A stretch of DNA of 64,000 nt from Sideroxydans sp. GTDB lineage: Bacteria; Pseudomonadota; Gammaproteobacteria; Burkholderiales; Gallionellaceae. Where the stretch lies: the NCBI GenBank assembly GCA_028710605.1, contig JAQTTU010000008.1:92409-156408 (forward strand). Reading direction: 5' to 3'. The position numbers were made by a program, and so were the translations under genes. Under the pieces are notes generated by a model. That model ran no database searches and was not told where the DNA came from. It worked only from the letters and a program-made list of their open reading frames with translations. Shown here piece by piece: positions 28,052-38,481 of this stretch (positions within the stretch are counted from its first letter, which is position 1; the number at the start of each line of letters is the position of its first letter).

Positions 28052-30406
28052 ATGCAATTCTCTGAATCTTGGTTGCGTACCTTCGTAAACCCTTCGCTCA
28101 CTAGCGAGGAGTTGTCTCACCTGTTAACCATGGCCGGGCTGGAAGTGGAGGAGATGACTTCTGTCGCTCCAGCTTTTGAAAAAGTCGTGGTGGCGCAAGT
28201 GCTGAGCAAAGACAAACATCCCGATGCGGACAGACTGAACGTGCTCACCGTGGATGTTGGTCAAGCTGAACCGCTGACCATTGTTTGCGGCGCGGGGAAT
28301 GTAACCGTCGGCATGAAAGCGCCGTGCGCGCTGGTCGGTGCAAAATTGCCCGGCATCGAAATTAAGCAGGCCAAGGTGCGCGGTATCGCTTCTTTTGGCA
28401 TGATGTGTTCGGACAAAGAACTCGGTCTGGCGGAAGAAAGTGCTGGATTGCTGGAACTGTCTGACGATGCCATCGTCGGACAAAGCATCCGTGAACATCT
28501 CGATCTGGACGATCACCTGATTACCCTCAAGCTCACGCCCAACCGCAGCGATTGCCTGTCGTTGCAGGGAATCGGACGCGAAGTGGCAGCGTTGACCGGA
28601 GCGCCGTTGCAAGGCAATTCCCATGCAATCTTCAAGCAGAGCAGCGACATCACGCGCAAGGTTAAAGTAACGGCATCCGCCGCATGTCCGCGTTACAGCG
28701 GACGCGTGATTTCCGGCGTGAATGCAAAGGCAGCGACCCCGGCGTGGATGGTGCGGCGTTTGGAGCGTAGCGGTTTGCGCAGTATCAGCGCGCTGGTCGA
28801 TGTGACCAATTATGTGCTGCTGGAACTGGGGCAACCGTTGCATGCTTTCGATCTGAACAAGTTGAGCGGCGACATCGAAGTACGTTTCGCCCGCGCTGGC
28901 GAAAGCATCAAGTTGCTGAACGAACAAGTCGTAGAGTTGAAAGAAGACATGCTGGTGATCGCCGACGGCAAGAACCCGGTTGCGCTGGCAGGCGTGATGG
29001 GCGGTGCGGACAGCGCGGTGGATGATGCCACTACCGATATTTTTCTGGAAAGCGCGTTTTTTGTGCCCAGCGTGATTGTCGGCAAATCGCGCCTTCTCGG
29101 CTTCGGTTCGGATTCCTCTTATCGTTTCGAGCGCGGCGTGGATTTTGCCGCCACACTGGCCGCACTGGACAGAGCTACACAATTGATTCTCGACATTTGC
29201 GGCGGACAAGCTGGCGCGCTGACCGAGGTGTGCGCTGAACTACCCGTGCGCCATCCGGTAAAACTGCGTGCTTCACGCGTGCTGCGCGTGCTGGGTGTGG
29301 CCTTGGATGCAGCCGAGATTGCGCAGATTTTTTCGCGTCTGGGCATGGCGTTTGAGCAGAATGGCGATGAATTCTTGGTGACACCTCCAAGCTACCGTTT
29401 CGACATCGCGATTGAGGAAGATTTGATCGAAGAAGTTGCGCGCGTCTATGGCTACGAAAAAATCCAGCCTGTGGCAACGCAAGCGCGTATGCGCGTGTTG
29501 CCGCAAGTTGAAGCGCAGCGTCCTTTATCCAAACTGCGCCAGTCTTTGGTGTTGCGCGATTATCAGGAAACCATCAACTACGCATTCGTCGAAGCCGCTT
29601 GGGAGCGCGATCTGTGCGGCAACAGCGCACCCATCGCGCTGAAAAATCCCATCGCCAGCCAGATGAGCGTGATGCGCAGCAGTTTGTTGGGCGGATTGCT
29701 GGGCGCTTTGCGCACCAATCTCGCGCGCAAGCAGCCGCGCGTGCGCCTGTTCGAGATCGGAGGTTGTTTCTTCGCCCAGGCGGGAAGCTACGAGCAGCAT
29801 GAGCGTCTGGCCGGATTGGCTTACGGCGGCGCTTTGTCCGAACAATGGGGCTCGCCCGCACGCAATGTGGACTTCTACGATGTGAAAAGCGATGTGGAAG
29901 CGTTGTTCGCGCCGCGCAGTCTGAGCTTTCAGACAGCGCCTCATCCGGCATCGCATCCGGGGCGTTCAGCGCGCATCCTGCTGGATGGTCGCGCAATCGG
30001 CTGGATCGGTGAACTGCATCCGCAATGGCAACAGCAATACGATTTGCCGCAAGCAGTGCTGTGGTTTGAAGTAGAGTTGGGCGCGTTGACTCAGGGCAAT
30101 GTGCCGAAGGCCTCCGACATTTCGCGTTTCCCGCCCGTTCGCCGCGATCTTGCGCTGCTGGTGGACGAAGGCGTGACCGTGCAGACGCTATTGGATGCCA
30201 TGCAGGCGGCCAAAGCGCCCAAAGTGGTGGAGTTGGCCTTGTTCGATGTGTATCGCGGCAAGGGTGTGGAGCAAGGCAAAAAAAGCCTTGCATTCCGTGT
30301 GTTGTTGCAAGATACTCAAAAAACTTTGACCGATATCGAGATTGAAGAAAATTTGACGCGTCTGGTTGCAGCTCTGCAAACCCAAGGCGCGCAGTTGCGT
30401 ATGTAA
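28052..30406 (+). CDS. pheT: Phenylalanine--tRNA ligase beta subunit
   Basis: 784 aa. MQFSESWLRTFVNP.. N-terminus with tRNA-binding, B3/4, B5 and FDX-ACB order. Confidence 0.95.
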   Translation: MQFSESWLRTFVNPSLTSEELSHLLTMAGLEVEEMTSVAPAFEKVVVAQVLSKDKHPDADRLNVLTVDVGQAEPLTIVCGAGNVTVGMKAPCALVGAKLPGIEIKQAKVRGIASFGMMCSDKELGLAEESAGLLELSDDAIVGQSIREHLDLDDHLITLKLTPNRSDCLSLQGIGREVAALTGAPLQGNSHAIFKQSSDITRKVKVTASAACPRYSGRVISGVNAKAATPAWMVRRLERSGLRSISALVDVTNYVLLELGQPLHAFDLNKLSGDIEVRFARAGESIKLLNEQVVELKEDMLVIADGKNPVALAGVMGGADSAVDDATTDIFLESAFFVPSVIVGKSRLLGFGSDSSYRFERGVDFAATLAALDRATQLILDICGGQAGALTEVCAELPVRHPVKLRASRVLRVLGVALDAAEIAQIFSRLGMAFEQNGDEFLVTPPSYRFDIAIEEDLIEEVARVYGYEKIQPVATQARMRVLPQVEAQRPLSKLRQSLVLRDYQETINYAFVEAAWERDLCGNSAPIALKNPIASQMSVMRSSLLGGLLGALRTNLARKQPRVRLFEIGGCFFAQAGSYEQHERLAGLAYGGALSEQWGSPARNVDFYDVKSDVEALFAPRSLSFQTAPHPASHPGRSARILLDGRAIGWIGELHPQWQQQYDLPQAVLWFEVELGALTQGNVPKASDISRFPPVRRDLALLVDEGVTVQTLLDAMQAAKAPKVVELALFDVYRGKGVEQGKKSLAFRVLLQDTQKTLTDIEIEENLTRLVAALQTQGAQLRM

Positions 30407-30415
30407 GAGGAGAAT

Positions 30416-30724
30416 ATGACGACACTGACCAAAGCCGAACTGGCCGATCTACTGTTTGAAAAAGTGGGGCTGAACAAGCGTGAAGCTAAAGACATGGTGG
30501 AGACCTTCTTTGAAGAAATTCGCATGCAACTGGAGCAAGGCGAGAGCGTCAAGCTTTCCGGCTTCGGCAACTTTCAATTGCGCGACAAACCGCAACGTCC
30601 GGGACGCAATCCAAAAACCGGAGAAGAGATACCGATCACCGCGCGCCGGGTGGTCACTTTTCATCCCAGCCAGAAACTCAAGAGCATGGTAGAAAAGAAC
30701 TATCATGGAACAGCACGTAGCTAA
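30416..30724 (+). CDS. ihfA: Integration host factor alpha subunit
   Basis: [46 protein letters not shown]. Confidence 0.93.
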   Translation: MTTLTKAELADLLFEKVGLNKREAKDMVETFFEEIRMQLEQGESVKLSGFGNFQLRDKPQRPGRNPKTGEEIPITARRVVTFHPSQKLKSMVEKNYHGTARS

Positions 30725-31073
30725 TTCAGAATTGCCGCCTATCCCGGCGAAACGCTACTTCACTATCGGAGAAGTCAGCGAATTGTGCGGGGTGAAAGCG
30801 CATGTGTTGCGTTACTGGGAGCAGGAATTCTCCCAACTCAAACCGGTGAAGCGCGGCGGCAATCGCCGCTATTACCAGCACCACGAAGTGTTGCTCATCC
30901 GCCGTATCCGCCAACTGCTTTACGAAGAAGGATTCACTATCAGCGGCGCGCGCGGACGCTTGGAACAACCTGCCGCGCAGAAAGAAATCGCCGTTCCCGT
31001 CAATACCCCAAGCTTCAATGCGGGCATGTTCAAACGAGAATTGCGCGAAATTATTTCGCTGCTGCATTCCTGA
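30705..31073 (+). CDS. MerR-family transcriptional regulator
   Basis: [28 protein letters not shown]. It overlaps the ihfA 3' end by 20 nt. Confidence 0.8.
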   Translation: MEQHVANSELPPIPAKRYFTIGEVSELCGVKAHVLRYWEQEFSQLKPVKRGGNRRYYQHHEVLLIRRIRQLLYEEGFTISGARGRLEQPAAQKEIAVPVNTPSFNAGMFKRELREIISLLHS

Positions 31074-31094
31074 TTGAAAAACGCATAAACAGCT

Positions 31095-31123
31095 TCGAGA
31101 TTTTCTGGGTGCTCTGCTATAAT
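31095..31123 (+). promoter_or_regulatory. Candidate promoter for tRNA-Pro
   Basis: TCGAGA, 17 nt, with extended -10 TGCTATAAT. It ends 10 nt before the tRNA. Confidence 0.5.
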
Positions 31124-31132
31124 CCGCGCCCT

Positions 31133-31209
31133 CGGGGCGTAGCGCAGCCTGGTAGCGTACTTGCATGGGGTGCAAGGGGTCGGGAGTTCGAATCTCCCCG
31201 CCCCGACCA
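31133..31209 (+). tRNA. tRNA-Pro (anticodon GGG)
   Basis: Acceptor CGGGGCG/CGCCCCG, anticodon arm CTTGC-ATGGGGT-GCAAG, T-arm GGGAGTTCGAATCTCCC, encoded CCA. Confidence 0.92.
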
Positions 31210-31217
31210 GTAGTAAC

Positions 31218-31256
31218 AAGACTTGCAGCAGAAATGTTGCAAGTCTTTTTTATTTT
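31218..31256 (+). terminator. Intrinsic terminator after tRNA-Pro
   Basis: AAGACTTGCA .. TGCAAGTCTT followed by TTTTTATTTTT. Confidence 0.75.
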
Positions 31257-31546
31257 TGGATTCCCGTAGCCAACCTGAAAATTGGCGGTCTTGCGGCAAA
31301 CAAATTTACTTTCAGTAAAATTTTTCCATTTCATTTATTTCATATCCATTTCTCGTTTGGCGTAATATTGCAGCCCGAAGAAAAAGTGGGGAAATACGAT
31401 GAAATGTATTCGTTATTGTCTGCTTCTATTCTGTTTGCAGTCCTCTCTCTTGAACTCCCTACAGGAGAAATCCGCCGCTGTTAATGTCCGTTCGAGAATC
31501 GCATGAACCTGTCAATACAACCGTATTATTTTCAGGAATCATTCAA

Positions 31547-32794
31547 ATGAATAAAACAATCAACAATATTTCAGCTCCGATTTTAGACAAGCTCGAATCC
31601 TTGCGCGTGCTATTGGTGGATAGCGACGAATTTGCGCAGGATTTGATGGAAGGCATGCTGCGCAAACTGGGCATCAAAAGCATCAACAGATCCCTTGAGG
31701 GACATGCTGCGCTGGAGATCATTGATAACGCAATCAATTTACCGCAACTGGTGATCTGCGATCTCGCCATGCCGGGTATGGATGGCATCGAATTTTTGCG
31801 GCATCTGGCGCATCGCGGTTTTGAAGGTGGCGTGATCATTTCTTCGGGTGCAGATAAGCGGGTGATCAAAACCGTGGAGAGTCTGGTACACGCGCACCGG
31901 CTGCGTTTTCTCGGCACGTTGCGCAAGCCGGTTGAAAAAGAAGCACTATTGGTTGCGCTCATGGATCTTATCGGCACTGTGCCGAACAACGTCTATGGGC
32001 AGATACAGCAGCTTACTCCCGAAGAAATCCGTGCCGGATTGGATGCGGATCGACTTGAGACTTTCTTTCTGCCCAGAGTGCGGCTGGCTGATCGTAGTGT
32101 GGCTGGTGCTGAGTGTCTGGTGCGTTGGCGGCATCCCGAACGCGGCCTGATTCAGTCGGTCGCCTTCATTCCTGTGGCGGAAGAATACGGCCTGATAAAT
32201 GACCTGACCATGGTGATGTTCGGCAAGGCATTGGCTCATCTGGGCGAGTGGATGCGCAAGGGCTATGACTTGAATCTATCGGTGAATATTTCCATGAACA
32301 GCTTGAACAGGCTCGATCTGCCGGAGGTGTTCGCCGACTTTGTGCGGCAAGCCGGATTGAATACAAACCGGGTGATACTGGAAATGACCGAGAGTCGCCT
32401 GATGAGCGATATTCCCACCAGCCTGGAAGTCATCACCCGCTTGCGGCTCAAAGGCTTCGGCGTATCCATAGATAACTTCGGCACAGGCTATTCAAGCATG
32501 GAAAAGTTGAAGCAATTGCCTTTCACTGAAATCAAGATGGATCGCACCTTCGTTTGCAGTGCCACCACCGATGATGTGGCGCGCGCCATTTTGGAGTCGA
32601 GCCTGAAAATGGGGCATGCACTCGGTTTGAACGTTGTCGCTTCAGGCGCGGAAACGCGGGAAGACTGGAATTTACTGGCCGCTATCGGCTGCGACGAAGT
32701 GCAGGGATATTTTGTCGCCAGACCGATGCCGGCCGAGGAATTTGTTGCCTGGAAAACACGCTGGGAAACGGCCAATTGCAAGAGCAAGGGATAA
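31547..32794 (+). CDS. Response regulator receiver + EAL domain protein (EAL motifs partly non-consensus)
   Basis: REC: LRVLLVDSDE..VICDLAMPGMDG. EAL: GAECLVRW, SVNIS, LEMTES, DNFGTGYSS, KMDRTF, ASGAE, VQGYF. An alternative start is at 31484. Confidence 0.8.
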   Translation: MNKTINNISAPILDKLESLRVLLVDSDEFAQDLMEGMLRKLGIKSINRSLEGHAALEIIDNAINLPQLVICDLAMPGMDGIEFLRHLAHRGFEGGVIISSGADKRVIKTVESLVHAHRLRFLGTLRKPVEKEALLVALMDLIGTVPNNVYGQIQQLTPEEIRAGLDADRLETFFLPRVRLADRSVAGAECLVRWRHPERGLIQSVAFIPVAEEYGLINDLTMVMFGKALAHLGEWMRKGYDLNLSVNISMNSLNRLDLPEVFADFVRQAGLNTNRVILEMTESRLMSDIPTSLEVITRLRLKGFGVSIDNFGTGYSSMEKLKQLPFTEIKMDRTFVCSATTDDVARAILESSLKMGHALGLNVVASGAETREDWNLLAAIGCDEVQGYFVARPMPAEEFVAWKTRWETANCKSKG

Positions 32795-32812
32795 ACCTTA
32801 AAACCCAGTTCA

Positions 32813-32943
32813 GCCCGCAGATTACACAGATTTACGCAGATTATCTGAGGCTGATTGTAGAGATGAGCCTCGCCCGAAAGGAGTGGCAAAAAAACTGAGG
32901 CTACCTGTTGTTTAATCGGCGTTAATCTGTGTAATCTGCGGGC
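32813..32943. repeat. 9-mer-armed hairpin element (CGCAGATTA family)
   Basis: GCCCGCAGATTACACAGATTTACGCAGATTA .. about 78 nt .. TTAATCTGTGTAATCTGCGGGC, between the convergent EAL gene and glnD. Confidence 0.8.
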
Positions 32944-32969
32944 AAACAAGGTTTTTTATGCATAAAACT

Positions 32970-35504
32970 TCACGCGAGTTGTTGCCGTAGCGCTTCGCAA
33001 AGCTTGCCGGTTTCATCTTCCTTATCCAGCGTTTTACCGCTGATCCAGAACGTATCTTCGGCGCGCGCGCCCAGCGTATTGATCTTTGCGCTGCGCAATT
33101 CAATGTGATGCTGCGCCAGCAAATAGGCGATTTGCGCCAGCAAGCCGGGACGGTCACCGGCCACGATAGATAAAATGTGCTGGCCTTTTTCGTCATGCGC
33201 GATACCGACTCTTGGCGCGATGGGGAAATGTTTGAGTTGGCGGCTGACGCGGCCAGCGTGCGGTGCGGCGGGCGAGGCATCGCCGGCAAGTTTTTGCGCC
33301 AACTCGTATTCGATATAGTTCAACACATCGCGGTAAACGGTTTTGCTGTTGCCCGCATCCATCACCTGAAAACTGTCCAGTGCGTAACCGTGATGCGTGG
33401 TATGCACTTTGGCTTCCATGATGTTGTAGTTCATGCGCGCGAAGAAATTGCAGATGCATGCGAACAGGTACGGCTTGTCTCTGGTATAGACGAAAACCTG
33501 CATCCCCTCGCCGATGCGGCTCAACCGCGCCTTGACCACGGGCACGTCGCTGTTCACGCGATGCGCCAGCAAGCGCGTGTGCCACGCGATTTCGTGCGGC
33601 TCGTGGCGCAGGAAATAGTCCGGGTCCAATTGCGCCCACAGCAATTCGTAAACCTCGGAATGGATGGCGTACAGGCTGAGCGTTTCCGCTGCGAGGCGGC
33701 GCACTTCGCCGACCTGATCGGCGATCTTGCCGCCCACCATAAAGCGCCGTGTGGATTGGAACAGGTTCTCGAATAACTTGCCTTTCCACACGTTCCACAC
33801 CTTGGGGCTGGTGCCCAGCACATCGGCCACGGTGAGCATATATAGCGCCACCAGATAGCGGTCGTTCGGGATTTTTTTGGCGAACGCGGCGATCACATCC
33901 TGATCGGCCAGATCCTGCATTTGTGCTGTGGCGGAAAGATCGAGATGATGTCCGACCAGCCACACCACCAGCTTTCTATCCTCGCGCGACAGGTTGTGCT
34001 GCTTGCAAAAACGCTCGGCATCGGCGCGGCCTTTTTGCGCGTGGTCGCCGCCGCGCCCCTTGGCGATGTCATGGAACAATCCGGCGATATACAACACTTC
34101 GGGGCGGGCAAAATCCTTCATTAGTTTGTTGCACAGCGGATGCTCGTGCTCATGCCGCTTCAGCGCGAAACAGCGCAGGTTGTGCACCACCATCAGGATG
34201 TGTTCATCCACGGTATAGACGTGAAACAGGTCGTGCTGCATCTGCCCCGCGATGCGCCCGAAGGCGGGCAGGTAGCGCCCCAGAATGCCGCTGCGGCTCA
34301 TGCGCCGCAGCACGTGGGTGATGCCTTGCGGCGCGCGCATGATCTCCATAAACAGCGCGCGGTTCTTTTCATCGCGGCGGAATGCCGCGTCGATTTTGAC
34401 ACGCGCACGGATCAGCGCGCGCGCGGTCGGCGCGGAAAAACCGGTCAGTTTCCCATGCTGTTCCATCAGCAAAAAACTTTCCAGAATCGCCGAGGGATCA
34501 TGCTCGAATAACATTTCGTCGCGCGCTTCAAGCAGGTTGTTGCGCGACAGGAAACGCTCGTTGAGCGGATACACCGTGTCCACTTCCGGGAACAAATGCG
34601 TATGCAGATTCTGCAAAAGAATGGCGCTGAGTTGCAGCACCGCGCGCTTGGTGCGGTAGTAGCGCTGCATCAGAATTTCGCTGGCGCGGCGCGTGTCGGT
34701 GGCGGCGATGTGCATCTGCGTAGCCAGCTCGGTTTGATAGTCGAACAGGATGCGGTCTTCGCGCCGTCCGGCGATGTAGTGCAACTGGATGCGCAGCGTT
34801 TGCAACAGCGCCTCGTGGCGCGCGACGGCGCTGGCTTCCTGCGCGGTAATCAGTTTCGCTGCGGCGAGTTTGCGCCACGTTCCGCCGAAACCGCTGGCGC
34901 GGCTGATCCACAACACCGTCTGCAAATCGCGCAGACCGCCGGGGCTTTCCTTGAGATTCGGTTCGAGATTGAAATCGGTATCCTGAAACCGCGTATGGCG
35001 TTTTTCCTGCTCCTGCACCTTGGCCAGATAAAACGCGCGGCGGCTCAGATGCGCGGCAAGTGCTTCGCGCATTTCCAGAAACAGCGCGCGGTTGCCCGTG
35101 ATATGGCGCGCCTCCAGCAGATTGGTTTGCACCGTCACATCGGACGATTCGGACATGCATTCGCCTATGGTGCGCACGCTGTGGCCGACTTCCAGCCCGA
35201 TGTCCCATAACTTGCCAACCAGTTCCTGCAAGCGCTGTTGTAACGCTTCATCCGGCTGTTGCGGCAACAGGATCAACAGGTCGATGTCCGACTTGGGAAA
35301 TAACTCCTCGCGGCCATAACCGCCCACCGCCACCAGCGCCAGATCGGCAGGCATCTCCAGCAGTTGCCACACCTGCTGCAAATGTTCATCGACGATTTTG
35401 GTATGCGCATGCAGATGGCGCGCGGGCTGAGTGTGAGCGGTATAGCTTTCTTGCAGCGCACGGCGCGCAGTGCGCAAGCTGTCGCGGATTTTGGTGATGG
35501 ACAT
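32970..35504 (-). CDS. glnD: [Protein-PII] uridylyltransferase/uridylyl-removing enzyme
   Basis: GGYGREELFPKSDIDLLIL nucleotidyltransferase motif, HD domain (HDIAKGRGGDH), two C-terminal ACT domains. Start taken at MSITKIRD, directly after the map stop. Confidence 0.92.
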   Translation of the reverse strand: MSITKIRDSLRTARRALQESYTAHTQPARHLHAHTKIVDEHLQQVWQLLEMPADLALVAVGGYGREELFPKSDIDLLILLPQQPDEALQQRLQELVGKLWDIGLEVGHSVRTIGECMSESSDVTVQTNLLEARHITGNRALFLEMREALAAHLSRRAFYLAKVQEQEKRHTRFQDTDFNLEPNLKESPGGLRDLQTVLWISRASGFGGTWRKLAAAKLITAQEASAVARHEALLQTLRIQLHYIAGRREDRILFDYQTELATQMHIAATDTRRASEILMQRYYRTKRAVLQLSAILLQNLHTHLFPEVDTVYPLNERFLSRNNLLEARDEMLFEHDPSAILESFLLMEQHGKLTGFSAPTARALIRARVKIDAAFRRDEKNRALFMEIMRAPQGITHVLRRMSRSGILGRYLPAFGRIAGQMQHDLFHVYTVDEHILMVVHNLRCFALKRHEHEHPLCNKLMKDFARPEVLYIAGLFHDIAKGRGGDHAQKGRADAERFCKQHNLSREDRKLVVWLVGHHLDLSATAQMQDLADQDVIAAFAKKIPNDRYLVALYMLTVADVLGTSPKVWNVWKGKLFENLFQSTRRFMVGGKIADQVGEVRRLAAETLSLYAIHSEVYELLWAQLDPDYFLRHEPHEIAWHTRLLAHRVNSDVPVVKARLSRIGEGMQVFVYTRDKPYLFACICNFFARMNYNIMEAKVHTTHHGYALDSFQVMDAGNSKTVYRDVLNYIEYELAQKLAGDASPAAPHAGRVSRQLKHFPIAPRVGIAHDEKGQHILSIVAGDRPGLLAQIAYLLAQHHIELRSAKINTLGARAEDTFWISGKTLDKEDETGKLCEALRQQLA

Positions 35505-35518
35505 GGAGGCTTTGAAGC

Positions 35519-36313
35519 TCAGTCTGGAACAGGCGGCGCACCGGCGGATTGGGTCAACACTTCGCAGCCGCTTTCGGTCACCAGAATGGTGTGCTCCCAT
35601 TGCGCCGACAAGCTGTGATCCTTGGTCACCACCGTCCAGCCGTCGCCCAGTTGCTTGGTGCCCGCCTTGCCCGCGTTAATCATCGGCTCGATGGTGAAGA
35701 TCATGCCCGCTTCCAGTTTGGGGCCGGTCTTGGCCTTGCCGTAATGCAGCACCTGCGGCTCTTCGTGGAAATTTCTGCCGATGCCGTGCCCGCAAAATTC
35801 GCGCACCACGCTGTAGCCCAGCCCTTCCGCGTAGGATTGAATCGCGCAACCGATGTCGCCCAGATACGCACCCGCCTTGACCGTGCGGATGCCCAGCCAC
35901 ATCGCGGTATAAGACGCTTCGCACAAACGCCTGGCCTGGATCGACGGCTCGCCGATATAAAACATGCGGCTGGTGTCGCCGTGAAAACCATCCTTGATCG
36001 TGGTGATGTCCAGATTCACGATGTCGCCGTTCTTCAACTTCTTGTCGCCCGGAATGCCATGACACACCTGATGATTGATCGAAGTGCAAATGGACTTCGG
36101 ATACGGCGAATGCGAACCGTTCGACGTGTAATTCAGCGGCGCGGGAACGCAGCCTTGCACCTTCACCATATAGTCGTGGCACAACTTGTCCAGCTCTTCG
36201 GTGGCGACACCGACTTTGACAAACGGCGTAATGTAATCCAGCACCTCACCGGCCAAACGACCGGCAACGCGCATCTTCTCGATTTCCTGCGGGGATTTGA
36301 TACTGATAGACAT
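35519..36313 (-). CDS. map: Type I methionine aminopeptidase
   Basis: 264 aa. IKSPQEIEKMRVAGRL, metal ligands in DIVNLDIT.., GHGIGRNFHEEP, TIEPM. Confidence 0.95.
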   Translation of the reverse strand: MSISIKSPQEIEKMRVAGRLAGEVLDYITPFVKVGVATEELDKLCHDYMVKVQGCVPAPLNYTSNGSHSPYPKSICTSINHQVCHGIPGDKKLKNGDIVNLDITTIKDGFHGDTSRMFYIGEPSIQARRLCEASYTAMWLGIRTVKAGAYLGDIGCAIQSYAEGLGYSVVREFCGHGIGRNFHEEPQVLHYGKAKTGPKLEAGMIFTIEPMINAGKAGTKQLGDGWTVVTKDHSLSAQWEHTILVTESGCEVLTQSAGAPPVPD

Positions 36314-36427
36314 GATGTGATTGGATATTTGGAACGGGTGCGAGGATAGAGGATAGAGCGTGACAGCACAACCACCTGAGTATCAACACAATAGCAAAAA
36401 CTGCACCCCCCTGTTTGAGCGCAGACC

Positions 36428-36488
36428 AATAACCACGGCCTTCTCCATCAAGCGCATCGCGTAGAACGCCTATTGACGGGCGTTGCGG
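36428..36488 (+). repeat. GTAG-65 dispersed repeat, copy 4
   Basis: AATAACCACGGCCTTCTCCATCAAGCGCATCGCGTAGAACGCCTATTGACGGGCGTTGCGG. Confidence 0.85.
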
Positions 36489-36532
36489 AGCAGTTCGTAT
36501 GTTCAGAGCCGAGATATTTTACGCGGACAGAA

Positions 36533-37495
36533 TCAAACGGCTTTTCCGTTTTTCTGCGATTTGATAGCGACCTCTTCAAGCTGTTGTCCCGGCTTTTCGA
36601 GAAGTGTCCAAAGGTCGGAGTAGAAAAAATGGTCGATGGTTTTGATGTGCTGTGAAAGTAGTGTGTCGGAAATCATGTTGGGGCGAATGTCACAGTAATA
36701 CACACCGTCCAGTGGATTTAATTTGACTGTGAACGCTTTGAAGTGACCGGGCAGGAACGTGGCGCTAATCCCGTATTCATTTTCCCGTTTCGATTTCTTG
36801 CGTTGCACGTCGTTCAGGAAAATGGCGATATGTGGCAGGGCGGTATCGGTGAGGCGGTTGTACAGAAATTTATCCATGAAGACCTTGTCGATGCGGTCTT
36901 TGCTGGAGGTTTTTACCGAGCCGATAATTTTCATTTCATCGTCTTTGCTTATCAGCAAATCGTGCTGATAGCTGGATTTGAAAAGCTCCGTTCCATCCGC
37001 ATCTTTTACCGGAACTTGCATTGTCCCCGACACGCAATCCACTTTGAGAGACACGATCAGCAAACGAATCAACCGCTCGAATAAGTCGCCATTCACCTTT
37101 CTGGCCTGATTCGATTTTCCGGCAGGTAGTCCATCAAGCGCTGCACCGATAGCTTGTTGCAGTGTGTAGATGGTGCGAATCAGGTTTGCGCGCAAATCAT
37201 CAGCCGGATGCTGACCGTCGCGCAACTGTTCAAGCGTTATTCCGAACTGTTTTGCCGCTGTGGCGAAGCTGTTCGCGTCATACATCAACTGCGAATTCAG
37301 TGGTCGCGTGATGTTGAAGCTGCCTTCATTTTTGTACTGAAAAAATTGATACTGACTTTCATTTTGAGACACGATGCGCGCTTGCAGTCCGGTCTCGACA
37401 AATTCCAAATAGCGGCTGCAAAAATCGATGTATTGCGCGATGGAGTGAAACCTTTTTTTATCTGCGGCGTGATTCACCAAGTCGGAAAGTTTCAT
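36533..37495 (-). CDS. Type II restriction endonuclease (PD-(D/E)xK-like)
   Basis: 320 aa and low-GC. The start overlaps the stop of the upstream methyltransferase (ATGA). The QHDLLIS ..IGSVKTSSKDRIDK block resembles the D..(S/E)xK..K(D/E)R catalytic region of NgoMIV/Cfr10I/EcoRII-type enzymes; this is from memory and not verified. Confidence 0.6.
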   Translation of the reverse strand: MKLSDLVNHAADKKRFHSIAQYIDFCSRYLEFVETGLQARIVSQNESQYQFFQYKNEGSFNITRPLNSQLMYDANSFATAAKQFGITLEQLRDGQHPADDLRANLIRTIYTLQQAIGAALDGLPAGKSNQARKVNGDLFERLIRLLIVSLKVDCVSGTMQVPVKDADGTELFKSSYQHDLLISKDDEMKIIGSVKTSSKDRIDKVFMDKFLYNRLTDTALPHIAIFLNDVQRKKSKRENEYGISATFLPGHFKAFTVKLNPLDGVYYCDIRPNMISDTLLSQHIKTIDHFFYSDLWTLLEKPGQQLEEVAIKSQKNGKAV

Positions 37496-38481
37496 CGGAT
37501 GGATTCCCTTCTCTCCGCAGTCTTCCGATCATGCGCGATCCACTCTTCTTTCGTCATGCGCCGCACATTTTCAAGCCGTTCAATTGCCCATTGGTTGTAT
37601 TGCGGGTCGAGATCGCAAGCCATCCAGTGTCGCCCCAATTGTTCGGCCACCACGGCGGTGGTGCCTGAGCCGGAAAACGGGTCAATCACCAGATCGCCTT
37701 CATTCGATGAGGCCAGCACAAATTTGCGCAACAACTCTTCCGGCTTTTGCGTGGGGTGCGGAGTCTTTTCGCCCATGCCATTGCAAGTGGTCGGAATATC
37801 AATCACATCTTTGGGTTTTGCTCCTTTGGGATGTGGCAACCAATTGTCGCGTTTTTTGATTACTCCTTTGCTATATGCACTGGTCTCGGCCTGTGGATGG
37901 GAGGGATATTTCAGCGTGTGCGCGCCATAGGGGGTGCGCACATCGTCGATGTTGAGCTTGGACGCATCCGACTTGCGAAAATGAATTATGCTTTCGTGCG
38001 ACCGTCCCCAATCGCCGCCCAAATTCGCTTTATTTTTGTAGTGCCAGATTAGCCAGCGGCAATGCTTGAAATATTTTGATGCCGGATGTTTCAAATCGGC
38101 AAGGATTTCCGAGAAACCGCACACATACATTGACCCCGTTGGCTTCAACACGCGCGAGGCTTGAGCTATCCATTGGATAGACCACTCGATATACTTTTCC
38201 TGACTCTCGAAGTTATCCCAATCCGCTTTCTTGATGTTGTAGGGTGGGTCGGCAAAAACGAGATCAACGCTGGCATTGTCCAAAGACTCAAGCCAGGCAA
38301 TTGAGTCCCCTTGGTACAGCCTCCCGTTGGCATGCTCGTACTGCATCCGAAAGCCGTTGGATGCAGGTGCAAAGGCAAGCTCAGGGTCTATGGGCTGTCG
38401 CCAATTTTCGCCGGGTTCAATAAGGGTAAGCTGTTCCATTGGTTTGCCTTGCGGCGGAATTTGTAGGTTTGTAGGATACAT
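37492..38481 (-). CDS. Beta-class DNA N6-adenine/N4-cytosine methyltransferase
   Basis: Motif IV DPPYN (VFADPPYNIKKADWD) precedes motif I (DPFSGSGTTAVVA), which is beta-class order. The likely true start is MEQLTL at 38439, because 38481 abuts a terminator U-run. Confidence 0.85.
   Translation of the reverse strand: MYPTNLQIPPQGKPMEQLTLIEPGENWRQPIDPELAFAPASNGFRMQYEHANGRLYQGDSIAWLESLDNASVDLVFADPPYNIKKADWDNFESQEKYIEWSIQWIAQASRVLKPTGSMYVCGFSEILADLKHPASKYFKHCRWLIWHYKNKANLGGDWGRSHESIIHFRKSDASKLNIDDVRTPYGAHTLKYPSHPQAETSAYSKGVIKKRDNWLPHPKGAKPKDVIDIPTTCNGMGEKTPHPTQKPEELLRKFVLASSNEGDLVIDPFSGSGTTAVVAEQLGRHWMACDLDPQYNQWAIERLENVRRMTKEEWIAHDRKTAERRESIR

Noticed and set aside
30726-31334. 202-aa minus-strand ORF spanning the MerR gene and tRNA-Pro.
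   Set aside because: It overlaps a well-formed tRNA and its terminator on the opposite strand and is antisense to a supported HTH gene.
31399-31506. 35-codon Cys-rich hydrophobic mini-ORF (MKCIRYCLLLFCLQSS..) upstream of the REC-EAL gene.
   Set aside because: It has a plausible SD, but there is no way to support it from sequence alone. The AT-rich leader could produce such an ORF by chance.
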